From Collinsella sp. (GTDB taxonomy: Bacteria > Actinomycetota > Coriobacteriia > Coriobacteriales > Coriobacteriaceae), in assembly GCA_048254795.1 (NCBI GenBank), contig DBEZQF010000064.1:1-55180 (forward strand): DNA of 55,180 nt, in the 5' to 3' direction. This document shows positions 7,388 to 18,556 of the stretch, one piece after another. Below the pieces are notes generated by a model. The model made no database searches, was not told the DNA's origin, and saw only the letters and a program-made list of their open reading frames with translations. Made by a program: the position numbers and the translations under genes. How positions within the stretch are numbered: the stretch's first letter is position 1; every line of letters begins with the position of its first letter.

Positions 7388-10152
7388 TACTCGGCGCTCT
7401 TGAGGGCGCCGACCATGTCGATCTTATTGAGGGCACGGTTGGTGGCGAGGTTGACGATAAACGTAAAGCCGAAGGAAAGCACCACGGCAAGCACGTAGCT
7501 CAGCGGCTCGACTTCGACGTCAAAGTACAGCGACGGCATCTGCAGGATGTACGTAAAGCTCTCGGCAAGCAGGCCACCCAGCGGCACGCCCAGTGCGGTG
7601 CCAATCGCCGTGAGGATCAACGTCTCCTTGTTGACGTAATGGTGTACCTCGCCACGGCGGAAGCCCAGCACCTTGATGGTCGCCAGCTCGCGCTCGCGCT
7701 CGGAGATATTCGTGTTGGACAACGTAAACACCACCACAAACGACAGGCACGCCGCCATAAAGGTCACGAGCACCACGACGGAATTGATGATAGTGAAGTT
7801 CGCCTCGTAGTTCTGCCAATGTTCGGCCGTGCTCGAGATGGTGAGCCAACCGTCACTCTTAAGATTCTTGCTAAACGCAATCTGGTCGGCCGACGAGCCC
7901 TTAAGCAGCACAAAGATGCCGTTAAGACGCGCGCTTCGGCCGAACGCGCGCTCATAGGTGCCCTGCGTCATATAGAGCGTGTTGCCCAAATAGTTGAGCG
8001 AGATGTCGCTGACTTTGACCTTGGCGACGTTGAGCGACGAATCCTGGACCTGCGCCGTGTCACCCGGCTGAATCCCAAGAACCAGCTGTGAACTCTTGCT
8101 CAGATACACGTCTCCGTCACGCAAAGACAGTGGCTCTTTGGACTCATCCTCGAGACGCGCGTAGTCGTCCAGGTCGTTCGTGCGGTCATCGGGCACCACG
8201 ATCAGCTGCACGGTCTCGCTCTTGCCGCCAAATGTAAAGGTGACGTTGTCGGTCATAATCGGCAGCGTCGAAGACACCGTCACGTTAGAATCCTTAGCCG
8301 CGCTGCGCTCATCCAATGCCGCGCACGTCTGCGAAAAATCGTCGGGATTGGCAACCGCCAGCAAGTCATAGCGCGTGATATGCCCATACTGCTTGGGCGA
8401 AAGCGCAACCGACGTGTCGCGAATACCCATACCGCAGATCACAAGCGCGGTGCAACCCGCGATACCGAAGATGGTCATAAAGGCGCGCTTTTTGTAGCGA
8501 AACAGGTTACGTGCTGCCACCTTGTTCAAAAAGCCCATGCGGCGCCAGATAAAGCCGATGCGCTCGAGCAAGATACGCGAGCCGGCGCGCGGGGCCTTGG
8601 GGCGCATGAGCGAGGCCGGAGTCTCGGCCATCTCGTGGCGGCAGGCGATAATCGTGGCGCCCACCACGCCCACGGCAAACAGCGCCACCGAGACGATCGA
8701 GGACACGATGTCGTACGAAAGCAACATCTGGGGCAGCGAGTACATGTCGTCGAACACCGTAAACAAGAACAGCGGCAGGCCCACAAATCCGATGATGTTG
8801 CCGAGCACGCCGCCGATCAGACAAGCCCACAGCGCATAGTCCACGTATTTGGACAGGATGCGTCCGCGCGAATAGCCGAGCGCCTTATACAGGCCGATGA
8901 GCGTGCGCTCCTCCTCGACCATACGCGTGGCGGTGGTAAGGCTGATGAGCACGGCGACGATAAAGAAGATGAACGGGAACACCGTGGCGATGGCTTCAAT
9001 TGACGAGCTATCGCTCTCCACGCTCGAGTAGCTTGCGATATTGCCGCGGTCCTGGATGTACCAGGTGCATTCTCCCAGATCGGAAAGCTCGGCGCGGGCG
9101 TCGGCAAACTGTTGGTCGGCGGCGGCACGGCGCTGGTCCAGGTCGGCTTGCGCCTGCGCACGCTCGTCGCTGCCCTCGGCCATGCGATTGATGTTGTCCT
9201 GCTCGATCCCAAAGAGCATGGCGGCCTGACGCTCGGCCGCATCCAAGCTTGTCGGCGTGTCGACCGTCAGCTCCTGAGCGCGCGCCTTCTCACGCTCCTC
9301 GCGGATCTTCTCTATATTGCCCTTGACCTCATTGATCTTTGCCGCGTAGGCATCCGAATATGAGTTGAGATCCTTGGCTCCCTCGACGACCACGTGGACC
9401 GCGGAGTAGGAAGAAGATGTCGCGGCGTCCTCGCTCACATAGAACTTATAGTCCGCCGCCGAGGCGGCACGGAAGGCGTTGACCGTCGAGTCGGAGCTCA
9501 CATCAGTGGGATCGAGAACCTCGGCCGTGATGGTGTAATCGCCATCGGCAAACTGGTCCTTAGCGCTTTGGTTCGACGAGCTCGCGTCATTGGCGGCAAA
9601 GCTCACGGTATCGCCGAGCTTTTTGCCCGAAGCCTTCAGGAACTTCGATGTCACCGCAACCTCATCGGCGCTCTCGGGCAAATCGCCGTTCACGAGCACC
9701 GGCTGATCGATGTTCTCCTTGGAGAGACTTTGCACGACCACGCGCTCGCGCGTTGTGCCCACGGCGGTGTAGGCGGTCTCGGTGTAAATGCCCTCGGCCG
9801 TCTCGACGCCATCGACCTCTTGGATAGCCGCAAGATCGTCGCGCGTAAGGCCATAGGTCGACTGCACGTTAACGTCATAGACATTTTGCTGGTCGAAGTA
9901 GGCATCAACCGAATCACACAGGTCCTCGCAACCCGCCTTAAGGCCGCACATCACGCTCACGCCAAGCGCGGTGATGACCACGATTGACAAAAAGCGCTTA
10001 AGACTGCCTCGGATTGTGCGGTAGATGCCACGGCGAAAAACCGTCGGCACCATATCGTTTGAGCTTTGGGCAGTGCGGTAGGTCGTAAAATCCTGCTCGC
10101 GCTCCGTGTTCTGCGCGTCGCGGCGTTGGCTGTTTTGGCGGTCCTGATCCAT
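7387..10152 (-). CDS. ABC transporter permease, FtsX/MacB type with duplicated domains
   Basis: Two FtsX-type C-terminal motifs (MVEEERTLIGLYKALGYS and ISERERELATIKVLGF); multiple TM segments; large extracellular domains. Start could instead be GTG at 10164. Confidence 0.9.
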   Translation of the reverse strand: MDQDRQNSQRRDAQNTEREQDFTTYRTAQSSNDMVPTVFRRGIYRTIRGSLKRFLSIVVITALGVSVMCGLKAGCEDLCDSVDAYFDQQNVYDVNVQSTYGLTRDDLAAIQEVDGVETAEGIYTETAYTAVGTTRERVVVQSLSKENIDQPVLVNGDLPESADEVAVTSKFLKASGKKLGDTVSFAANDASSSNQSAKDQFADGDYTITAEVLDPTDVSSDSTVNAFRAASAADYKFYVSEDAATSSSYSAVHVVVEGAKDLNSYSDAYAAKINEVKGNIEKIREEREKARAQELTVDTPTSLDAAERQAAMLFGIEQDNINRMAEGSDERAQAQADLDQRRAAADQQFADARAELSDLGECTWYIQDRGNIASYSSVESDSSSIEAIATVFPFIFFIVAVLISLTTATRMVEEERTLIGLYKALGYSRGRILSKYVDYALWACLIGGVLGNIIGFVGLPLFLFTVFDDMYSLPQMLLSYDIVSSIVSVALFAVGVVGATIIACRHEMAETPASLMRPKAPRAGSRILLERIGFIWRRMGFLNKVAARNLFRYKKRAFMTIFGIAGCTALVICGMGIRDTSVALSPKQYGHITRYDLLAVANPDDFSQTCAALDERSAAKDSNVTVSSTLPIMTDNVTFTFGGKSETVQLIVVPDDRTNDLDDYARLEDESKEPLSLRDGDVYLSKSSQLVLGIQPGDTAQVQDSSLNVAKVKVSDISLNYLGNTLYMTQGTYERAFGRSARLNGIFVLLKGSSADQIAFSKNLKSDGWLTISSTAEHWQNYEANFTIINSVVVLVTFMAACLSFVVVFTLSNTNISERERELATIKVLGFRRGEVHHYVNKETLILTAIGTALGVPLGGLLAESFTYILQMPSLYFDVEVEPLSYVLAVVLSFGFTFIVNLATNRALNKIDMVGALKSAE

Positions 10153-10157
10153 GGGCG

Positions 10158-10859
<702 letters not shown>

Positions 10860-10913
10860 CGATTAATTCCCATCTGGTCGGATAACTCTTTAGTATTACC
10901 CATTTCGCACCGA

Positions 10914-10943
10914 CCAAAAAGGGACAGGTTCATTTTGGCAGGT
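10914..10943. repeat. REP-like hairpin, inverted copy with a shortened left arm
   Basis: CCAAAAAGGGACAGGTTCATTTTGGCAGGT next to the histidine kinase stop. Confidence 0.8.
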
Positions 10944-10944
10944 T

Positions 10945-12324
10945 TTAGAGGCGGACGGTGAAGGTGATCTGGTTGCCGTGGCCGCAGACAGAAGCGCTCC
11001 CACCATGGGCTTCGGCGATGGCACGCACCACGGATAGGCCCACGCCCGAGCCGCCCGTCTTGGAGCTGCGCGACACGTCCGCACGATAGAAGCGGTCGAA
11101 CAATCGATCTAGGTCGCCTTCGGGCAGCTCGTCCACGGCGTTCGAAACGACAAGCTCGGCCGAACCTTTGCCTGCACCGCGTGAGACGGCACGCAGACTC
11201 AACTCAATTACACTGCCCTCACTCGCATAGCGCGTGGCGTTATCCAGCAGCAGCTCAACCACCTGCGCCACCGCTGCAGCATCGGCATGGGCCCGCACGC
11301 CACTCGCAATCGACGTCGACAGACGCTTGCCACGCGAAACCGCCACCGACTCAAACGGCGACGCCGCCTTGTCCACTGCCTCCGAAAGATCGATCGATAT
11401 CATGGTAAAGCCCGCCGAACCCTCGTCCATGCGAGCCAAAAACACCAGACGCTCCGTGAGCGCCGTCAACCGTGCAACCTGTTCGTGAATGCTCTGCGTC
11501 CACTCGCTCTCGCCGCTCTCGATCTCTTGCACCTCATTGGCGGCATCAATCACGGCCAGCGGCGTCTTGATCTCGTGGCTTGCATCGGTAATAAAGCGCT
11601 TTTGCTTGCTGTAGCTCTCGACCATCGGCCGAATCACCGCGCCCGAGGCACCCGCCACAATTGCCAACACCGCCAGCCAGCCAATGCAACTAATCGCCAC
11701 GCTCGCGCTCAAAAACGAATGAAAGCTTGCAAGCTCGCGCGAGCAGTCCACAAACACATAGGTGGTCTCGTCGCCCTGAACCGTAACCGTATAGCGGTAG
11801 TTACCAGAAAAGCCCGAGGTCCAACCCTTGGAATATAGTCCTGCAGCGATGCGTGCAGCACGCTTGGCACCCACCGCGGCAATGCGGGCCGTGTTGACAT
11901 CGGTCACCTGCCCACCGGCAATCGACACCGTAAAGTAGCGCGTGTCGAAGGGAGACTCCGCCGTCATACCTTCGAAGTGCCCGGTGCGCATGACCACCCT
12001 GTCACCGGCAGCGGTCTTACCGGCGCCCACATCCTCGCCGAGATCGGTCTTGGGCTCATCCGTCCAATCGATGCCGTCCTTGCCCGCCAAGATATAGTCC
12101 AGACGAGCGTCGGCCATCTTGCAGACATGCGAGTAGTTGACGATATTGATGCCGGCGATGATAAGCGTAAGCACGGCGGTCACGGCACCCATGGCAACCA
12201 GGATGAACTTACGACGCAGGCGACGTCCCATTGCACTGGCAGCATCGGCGCGCCCCGGATTACCCGAGTCCGCGCCCATGCCGAGCTTTGCCGTCGTGCG
12301 CTTCCACCACGCACTCGCGCTCAC
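10945..12324 (-). CDS. Sensor histidine kinase
   Basis: Two TM segments; H-box DASHEIKTPL; N-box LLDNA; FDRFYR and GGSGVGLS G-boxes. Confidence 0.93.
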   Translation of the reverse strand: MSASAWWKRTTAKLGMGADSGNPGRADAASAMGRRLRRKFILVAMGAVTAVLTLIIAGINIVNYSHVCKMADARLDYILAGKDGIDWTDEPKTDLGEDVGAGKTAAGDRVVMRTGHFEGMTAESPFDTRYFTVSIAGGQVTDVNTARIAAVGAKRAARIAAGLYSKGWTSGFSGNYRYTVTVQGDETTYVFVDCSRELASFHSFLSASVAISCIGWLAVLAIVAGASGAVIRPMVESYSKQKRFITDASHEIKTPLAVIDAANEVQEIESGESEWTQSIHEQVARLTALTERLVFLARMDEGSAGFTMISIDLSEAVDKAASPFESVAVSRGKRLSTSIASGVRAHADAAAVAQVVELLLDNATRYASEGSVIELSLRAVSRGAGKGSAELVVSNAVDELPEGDLDRLFDRFYRADVSRSSKTGGSGVGLSVVRAIAEAHGGSASVCGHGNQITFTVRL

Positions 12325-12326
12325 GC

Positions 12327-13010
12327 CTATTCGCCCTCCTCAACAACCTCGAGCGAATAGCCCTGGTTGCGCGATGCACGGATGGCCACGTTGGCACCAA
12401 GCGCCGTCAGCTTTTTGCGCAGGTACGAGATATAGACCCACACCACGTTAGCGCCTTCGGGCGCGTCCTCACCCCAAACTTCGAGCATCAAACGCTCGGT
12501 GGGCATGCGCGTGCCGGCGTTGCGCATAAAGAGCTCCATAAGCTGAAACTCTCGATTGGCCAGGTGCTCCTCGCCCAAAGGGCCCACGAGTGTGCACGAT
12601 GCCGTGTCGAGGCGCACGTTGCCCACGCTGAGCGTCGTGGCGTCAATTGCCGTCGCGGCACGCGTCATGGCGCGAATGCGTGCGAGCAGCTCCTTGGCGG
12701 CGAACGGCTTGGTCAGGTAGTCGTTGGCACCGGCATCCAGGCCCTCGACCTTATCGGACACCTCGCTTTTTGCCGTGAGCATGATGATGGGCAGTCGCTT
12801 ACCGGCGGCGCGTGTGCGCTTGAGTACCTCGATACCGTCCATGCCGGGCATCATGATGTCCAGAATTGCGGCGTCATAGTCGTTGGCGAGCAGATACTCG
12901 AGCGCCGTCAGACCATCGAGCGCGGTATCGACCTCGTAGTCGCTATGTTGAAGAATCGCGGTAAGGGCGCGGGAGAGGCCGGGTTCGTCCTCGGCAAGCA
13001 TCAGCTTCAT
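12327..13010 (-). CDS. OmpR/PhoB-family response regulator
   Basis: AEDE, LDIMMP and GANDYLTKPF receiver motifs; winged-helix VYISYLRKKL...GY. Confidence 0.95.
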   Translation of the reverse strand: MKLMLAEDEPGLSRALTAILQHSDYEVDTALDGLTALEYLLANDYDAAILDIMMPGMDGIEVLKRTRAAGKRLPIIMLTAKSEVSDKVEGLDAGANDYLTKPFAAKELLARIRAMTRAATAIDATTLSVGNVRLDTASCTLVGPLGEEHLANREFQLMELFMRNAGTRMPTERLMLEVWGEDAPEGANVVWVYISYLRKKLTALGANVAIRASRNQGYSLEVVEEGE

Positions 13011-13054
13011 AGTTGTTCCTTTGGCGCACGGCTATACAGGTTTCGATACTGCCG

Positions 13055-13147
13055 ATGATAGCGCACCGTCAACCGCCTTAGCGCAGCCTTAGCCGCTCAA
13101 CCTGCGCGTTTTTAAATACGCAGGATATGGCTTAGCCAAACTTAAGG
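13055..13147 (-). promoter_or_regulatory. Putative promoter with OmpR-type direct repeats upstream of the two-component operon
   Basis: -10-like TATCAT (minus strand, 13055-13060); GCCTTAGC repeated with 11-bp period (13075, 13086) over the -35 position; second pair CTTAG/CTTAA at 13131/13141. Confidence 0.5.
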
Positions 13148-13238
13148 CGCAGATGTCAAACGCTTGTCCGCACGCCGGAGACGATAGAACAGCAACTCAC
13201 CCTTTCGCGGCACCTTTATCATGCAAAGAGCTCGGGCA

Positions 13239-13817
13239 CTATTCCTCGTACGCGCCCTCAAGCCGAAGCAGCCACTCCTTGCGGTCAAGCCCGCCGGCAT
13301 ATCCGTTGAGCGAACCATCGGCGGCAACCACGCGATGGCACGGCACGATAATCGAAATGGGATTGCGTGCAACCGCAGTCCCCACGGCACGGGGAGACAC
13401 AACGGGCGCCTCGTTTCCCGGTACACGATGTCGAGCCGCAACACGCTGGGCGATCTCGCCATACGTAGCGACCTCGCCACGCGGAATAGAAAGCAGCTCG
13501 TACCAAACTTCACGCTGAAACGCCGTGCCGATCATATGCAACGGCGGCGTAAACCGAGGTTCCTGCCCTGCAAAATAAGCATTCAGCCAAGCCCAGGAAC
13601 GCTCAAGCACCGAAGACGCCGCACCATTTGCCGGACTCACCGACGACATGCCGCCAGCACCAGAAACTGCATCGGCGCCTTCAACATGTTCGGGATCTTC
13701 TTTGAGAAGCGTGGAGCCAAAATGCTCCTGCCCCTCAAACCAAAGTCCCGTCAGACCGCGGCCATCAGCGGCAAGCAAGATTTCGCCCAAAGGCGAAGCA
13801 AACGTCGTCGTGACCAC
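13239..13817 (-). CDS. ogt: Methylated-DNA--protein-cysteine methyltransferase
   Basis: GTAFQREVW, IPRGEVATYG, RAVGTA, active site VPCHRVV, GYAGG..RK..LL.LE. Confidence 0.93.
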   Translation of the reverse strand: MVTTTFASPLGEILLAADGRGLTGLWFEGQEHFGSTLLKEDPEHVEGADAVSGAGGMSSVSPANGAASSVLERSWAWLNAYFAGQEPRFTPPLHMIGTAFQREVWYELLSIPRGEVATYGEIAQRVAARHRVPGNEAPVVSPRAVGTAVARNPISIIVPCHRVVAADGSLNGYAGGLDRKEWLLRLEGAYEE

Positions 13818-13879
13818 CAGCGGCTCCTTTCAAAACTCCGCAACATAATACCGCGAATTGTGCAGACAACCCCAATCGA

Positions 13880-14030
13880 CCCCAAAGTCACCCAAGGCAG
13901 CAGGCGCGCAGCGCCGCAGCTGCCGCACGACCCCAAAGTCCCCGCAGGCAGCAGGCGCAACGCGCCGCAGCTGCCGGCCGCGCCCCACAGTCCCCAAAGG
14001 CGGCAGGCGCGAAGCGCCGAGGCTGCCGCC
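13880..14030. repeat. Three degenerate tandem 51-52-bp hairpin units
   Basis: Units start at 13880, 13931 and 13983: CCCCA(A/C)AGTC..CC..AGGC(A/G)GCAGGCGC-nnn-GCGCCG..GCTGCCG. Confidence 0.8.
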
Positions 14031-14124
14031 GGGACCAGGGCCCGCAACAGCCGCGCGCCCCCCACATCAGCCCAGCGGCCCCAACCAACAACGGCCCCAT
14101 CGCAGACTGCTCGCAGCCGAGTCA

Positions 14125-14259
14125 CCGCAGGCGGGGGCCGGGCTTAGCTTTCAGAACACTCCGCAGACCAGTGTGGCGCCTTGTCCGCGGCTCCGAAGGA
14201 GCAGGACAAGGCGCCACACATGGTCGAGGACGTTCTGAAAACTAAGCCCGGTCCCCGCC
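14125..14259. repeat. Structured palindromic repeat family A, copy 2
   Basis: CCGCAGG head; outer stem; internal ACTCCGCAG / CATGGTCGAGGACG; apex CTCC-GAA-GGAG; 12 bp from the asd stop. Confidence 0.85.
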
Positions 14260-14271
14260 GGACAGGTCAAC

Positions 14272-15297
14272 TTACTCGCAGAGCAGCTTAGCGATCTGGA
14301 CGGCGTTGGTTGCCGCGCCCTTACGGATTTGGTCGCCGCAGCACCAGAAGGTGATGCCGCGCGCAGCCTCGGGGTTCGAGATGTCGCGGCGTACGCGACC
14401 GACCCAAATCAGGTCCTGGTCGGAGGTGTCCATCGGCATGGGGAAGCGGTCGTGCGCATCCTCGGCGCTCATGTCGTCAACTAGCTTGACACCCGGAGCG
14501 GCAGCCAGCGCGGCACGGGCCTCTTCCACCGTGATGTCGCGCTCGAACTCAAGCGTGATGCTCTCGGAGTGCGAGCGCAGCACGGGCACGCGCACACAGG
14601 TGCAGTTCACGCGCAGCTCGGGCAGATGCATGATCTTGCGGCCCTCGTTTTGCAACTTCATCTCCTCGGAGGTAAAGCCCTCCTCCTTGACGCCGCCAAT
14701 CTGCGGAATCAGGTTGCTCGCGAGCTGGGCGGCAAACGCGCGCGGCTCGGGAATCTCCTCGCCACGGCCCAGGGCGGCCAGCTGAGCCTCGAGCTCGGCC
14801 ATACCGGGAGCGCCAGCACCCGAAGCCGCCTGGTACGTCGAGACGATCATGCGCTTCACGCCAGCGAGCTGATGTAGCGGCCACGTGGGAACCAGGCCGA
14901 TAATGGTCGCGCAGTTGGGGTTGGCGATAAGGCCGTGATGCCACTTGATATCGTCGGCATTGATCTCGGGCACGACCAGCGGCACCTCGGGATCCATGCG
15001 GAAGGCGTGGCTGTTATCGACTACGACGGCGCCGCGCTTGACGGCCTCAGGCAGCAGCTCCTTGGCGATATCGTCGCCGGCGGCGCCGAGTACGATGTCG
15101 CAGCCCTCAAAGGCCTCGGGGCAAGCCTCCTCAATCACAACCTGCTCGCCGCGGAACTCAACGGTCTTGCCTGCAGAGCGCGCGCTCGCTAGCAGCTTGA
15201 GCTTACCGACCGGAAACTCCTGCTCGTTGAGGCACTCGAGCATCTGGGTGCCCACGGCTCCCGTGGCGCCCAAAATAGCAACCGTGTACTGTTTCAT
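14272..15297 (-). CDS. asd: Aspartate-semialdehyde dehydrogenase
   Basis: Start MKQY; ILGATGAVG, VDNSHAFRM, ANPNCAT, STYQAASGAG, CVRVPV..SHSE and DQIRKGAA motifs. Confidence 0.96.
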   Translation of the reverse strand: MKQYTVAILGATGAVGTQMLECLNEQEFPVGKLKLLASARSAGKTVEFRGEQVVIEEACPEAFEGCDIVLGAAGDDIAKELLPEAVKRGAVVVDNSHAFRMDPEVPLVVPEINADDIKWHHGLIANPNCATIIGLVPTWPLHQLAGVKRMIVSTYQAASGAGAPGMAELEAQLAALGRGEEIPEPRAFAAQLASNLIPQIGGVKEEGFTSEEMKLQNEGRKIMHLPELRVNCTCVRVPVLRSHSESITLEFERDITVEEARAALAAAPGVKLVDDMSAEDAHDRFPMPMDTSDQDLIWVGRVRRDISNPEAARGITFWCCGDQIRKGAATNAVQIAKLLCE

Positions 15298-15470
15298 GCT
15301 TCCCCCTTTAAAGGTTGTGGCTATCGCCCGCACGCCAAGCAGGCCGAATATTGTTGCCAGTGTATACAAGAACGGGGCGGACACGAAACCCGCCCCGTCG
15401 AAACGAAACCGAAACGAAACGCCCCGCCTTAGTTTTTTGAGACATGACCCAAAAATCTACCGAGCAGTCG

Positions 15471-16859
15471 CTACTTTTTGAGCGCGGCCAGAGCGGGATC
15501 GACCGGCGCGGGAGCCTCCAGGTCGGAGACCTTCACAATGCCGTTCTCATCGGAGAAGGCACGGTAAATGGTCCGAATCGCTAGATCGAAGTCCTTCTCC
15601 TCGACACCGATAATGATGTTGATCTCGTCACAGCTCTGCGAAATCATACGCACGCTCACGCCGGCCTGGCCGAGCATGCCAAACAGATGGCCCGAGATAC
15701 CTGCACGACCGCGCAGGTTGCGGCCGACGGTAGCGATGAGCGCCAAGCCCTCGACAACCTCGATCTCGAGCGGTTCGACCTCCTGCTGGATGTCGCCCAC
15801 GAGTGAGTACAGCGAATCGTGCACATCCTGCTCCTGCACCACGGCGCCAAAGCGGTCGACACCGGTGGGCATGTGCTCGACGGAAACGTCATAGCGCTCG
15901 AACACCGAAAGCGCACGGCGCATAAAGCCGACGCGGGGCTTGGTGCGGTCGCGGGCGACGTTGATGGCGACAAAACCGCGCTTGCCGGTCACGCCGGTAA
16001 TGATGGGCTCCGCCTCGCCTTCATCAGCCGTCTCGCTAATGATGGTGCCGGGGTCCTGCGGCGCATTGGTGTTCTTGATGACCAGCGGAATGCCTGCCTC
16101 GCGCACGGGGAACACGGCTTCCTCGTGCAGGACGCTTGCGCCCATGTACGAAAGCTCGCGCAGCTCCTCGTAGGTAACGCGCGCAATGGGCTGAGCCTCC
16201 GGAACAATACGCGGATCCGCAGAATAGAAACCCGAGACGTCGGTCCAGTTCTCGTATAGGTCGGCGCCCAGGCACTTAGCCAAAATCGAGCCCGAGATAT
16301 CGCCGCCGCCACGATCGAGCAGCTTGATCTGGCCCTCACGCGTCGCGCCGTAGAAACCGGGCATAACAAAGCCGCCCTGCTGACCGTACTCCTGCACCAG
16401 CTCGGAGGTGCGGTTCATGCTGAGCGTACCGTCGTGATGGAACGCAACGACCGTCGCGGCATCCAGGAACGGCAGGCCCAGGTACTCGGCCATCAGGCGA
16501 GCGGTGAAGTACTCACCGCGGCTCACGAGCTCCTCGGTGGAGTAACCGCCCGAGCGGGCGCGCTCGGCAAAGGCCGCGAACTCCTCACGGATGGGATAGG
16601 TGAGCTCCAGCTCGTCAGCGATATCAAAATAGCGCTGGCCAATGTCCTCAAGCAGCTCCTCACACGACACGTGGTACTTAACGTGCGCATTGACCAGATA
16701 GAGCAGGTCGGTCACCTTGGTGTCACCCTTAAAACGGCGACCGCAGGCGGAAACCACCACAAAACGGCGAGCCGGGTCGGCATCGACGATGGCCTTGATC
16801 TTCTTGAAGTGTTCGGCGTCGGCGACCGACGAGCCGCCAAACTTGGCAATCTTAATCAT
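15471..16859 (-). CDS. lysC: Aspartate kinase with ACT domains
   Basis: KFGGSSVAD, VVVSA, RGGGDISG, WTDVSG..ADPR and ELSYMGASVLH motifs. Confidence 0.93.
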   Translation of the reverse strand: MIKIAKFGGSSVADAEHFKKIKAIVDADPARRFVVVSACGRRFKGDTKVTDLLYLVNAHVKYHVSCEELLEDIGQRYFDIADELELTYPIREEFAAFAERARSGGYSTEELVSRGEYFTARLMAEYLGLPFLDAATVVAFHHDGTLSMNRTSELVQEYGQQGGFVMPGFYGATREGQIKLLDRGGGDISGSILAKCLGADLYENWTDVSGFYSADPRIVPEAQPIARVTYEELRELSYMGASVLHEEAVFPVREAGIPLVIKNTNAPQDPGTIISETADEGEAEPIITGVTGKRGFVAINVARDRTKPRVGFMRRALSVFERYDVSVEHMPTGVDRFGAVVQEQDVHDSLYSLVGDIQQEVEPLEIEVVEGLALIATVGRNLRGRAGISGHLFGMLGQAGVSVRMISQSCDEINIIIGVEEKDFDLAIRTIYRAFSDENGIVKVSDLEAPAPVDPALAALKK

Positions 16860-16963
16860 GGGCTGGAGGTTACCTTTCTAAAAAGCCTCTGCGAACCTAT
16901 TTTGCACGCTCTGATACCATGGTTTCACCGATTGGGACCAAGGCATCCGAGGAGCAGTGTTAT

Positions 16964-18481
16964 ATGGGAACTTATCATAGTACACGAGGACGCACTTTAT
17001 CGTGCTCAAGTAAGGTGGCAATCCGTATCGGCATCGCTCCCGACGGGGGTCTGTTTGTCTCGGACGAGCTCGGCACCCAGCAGGTCGATATCAGCTCGCT
17101 TGCAGATAAATCGTACTTTGAAATCGCTCAAGATGTGTTGGGAATGTTACTGAATGATTACACGGCCGAAGAAATTTCGGCGTGTGTCGACGAGGCATAC
17201 CGCGGCACGTTCGCGAGTGAAGAGGTTACGCCGCTCGTTAAACTCGACGCTGCGCCGGGCGCTGACGCCCCTCAGACCTATGTGATGGAGCTCTTTGGCG
17301 GCCCCACGAGTGCCTTTAAGGACGTCGCCCTGCAGATGCTCCCCCGCCTGATGGCCCGCACTTCCGCCAAGGACGGCGGCGCCGAGCGCATCATGATCGT
17401 CACCGCCACGTCGGGCGACACCGGCAAGGCCGCACTCGCCGGTTTTGCCAACGCTCCGGGCACGGGTATTACCGTCTTTTATCCCGAAGGCAAAGTCAGC
17501 CGCGTCCAGAACCTGCAGATGTCCACGCAAGAGGGCGACAACGTCGCCGTCTGCGGCATCCGCGGCAACTTCGATGATGCCCAGAGCGCCGTCAAGCGCA
17601 TCTTTGCCGATAAGGAGCTTGCCGAGCGTCTTGAGTCCGCCGGCACGGTGCTTTCAAGCGCCAACTCGATCAACGTCGGTCGCCTGGTGCCGCAGGTCGT
17701 CTACTACTTTGCCGCCTATGCGCAGCTGCTGCGCGCCGGCGCCATCGAGGCCGGCGACTCCGTGGAGTTCTGCGTACCGACCGGCAACTTTGGCGATATC
17801 CTGGCCGGCTACTATGCCAAGTGCATGGGTCTGCCCGTCGCCAAGCTCATCGTCGCGAGCGACAAGAACAACGTGCTCGCTGACTTCCTGACCACCGGCG
17901 TCTACGACCGCAACCGTCCGTTCTTCACGACCATCTCGCCGTCGATGGACATCCTCATCAGCTCTAACCTGGAGCGCATGCTGTACTTCCTGTCCGATGG
18001 CGACTGCGAACTCGTTGCCGGCCTTATGGAGCAGCTGGCACAGACTGGTCGCTATGAGGTGCCCGCCGAGCTGCTGGCCAAGATCCAGAGTGTGTTTGGC
18101 TGCGGCTGGGCCAGCGAGGACGAGGTCCGCGCTGCTATCAAGAACTGCTGGGATGCAAACGGCTATGTGATCGACCCGCACACCGCTTGCGGCTATCACG
18201 TCTTTGAAAAGGTCGCCCCCGCCGAGGGCGCCAAGGCCCGCGTGCTGCTTTCGACCGCCAGCCCCTACAAGTTCCCGCGCGCCTGCTGCGACGCCCTGGG
18301 CCTCGACGTTCCCAAGGACGACTTTGAGGCCATGCGCGTGCTCGAGCAGGCAACCAACACGGTCGCCCCAGCCCAGCTCGCCGAACTCGAATCCAAACCC
18401 GTCCGTTTCGAAGACGTCTGCGACGTCGATGAGATGGCCAGCTACGTAGAGCAGGCTGCAAAAAAGATGGCAACCAACTAA
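16964..18481 (+). CDS. thrC: Threonine synthase
   Basis: Start MGTYHSTRG after GAGGAG; APDGGL, PLP lysine AFKD, ATSGDTG, SANSIN.GR, VPTGNFG, DPHTA. Confidence 0.96.
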   Translation: MGTYHSTRGRTLSCSSKVAIRIGIAPDGGLFVSDELGTQQVDISSLADKSYFEIAQDVLGMLLNDYTAEEISACVDEAYRGTFASEEVTPLVKLDAAPGADAPQTYVMELFGGPTSAFKDVALQMLPRLMARTSAKDGGAERIMIVTATSGDTGKAALAGFANAPGTGITVFYPEGKVSRVQNLQMSTQEGDNVAVCGIRGNFDDAQSAVKRIFADKELAERLESAGTVLSSANSINVGRLVPQVVYYFAAYAQLLRAGAIEAGDSVEFCVPTGNFGDILAGYYAKCMGLPVAKLIVASDKNNVLADFLTTGVYDRNRPFFTTISPSMDILISSNLERMLYFLSDGDCELVAGLMEQLAQTGRYEVPAELLAKIQSVFGCGWASEDEVRAAIKNCWDANGYVIDPHTACGYHVFEKVAPAEGAKARVLLSTASPYKFPRACCDALGLDVPKDDFEAMRVLEQATNTVAPAQLAELESKPVRFEDVCDVDEMASYVEQAAKKMATN

Positions 18482-18556
18482 ACCCCTTATTAAGCGCCGG
18501 CGCAAGCCGGCGCACCTTCTTTTTATTTAGCTTTCGGGATGATGACGAGCATGCGA

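Noticed and set aside
13880..14030. Possible CRISPR array
   Set aside because: The units are degenerate along their whole length with no unique spacers, and no cas genes are in the window.
13221..14238. ORFs spanning the ogt-asd intergenic repeats
   Set aside because: They are low-complexity translations of GC-rich repeats, overlap ogt antisense, and lack an RBS or motifs.
15372..15428. Attenuator between lysC and asd (GAAAC repeats, competing GGGGCG/CGCCCC pairings)
   Set aside because: No leader peptide or known aptamer is present; an ordinary terminator hairpin with a short duplication explains it.
16860..16963. Lysine riboswitch or T-box between divergent lysC and thrC
   Set aside because: The gap is only about 100 bp and no T-box or lysine-riboswitch consensus is visible.
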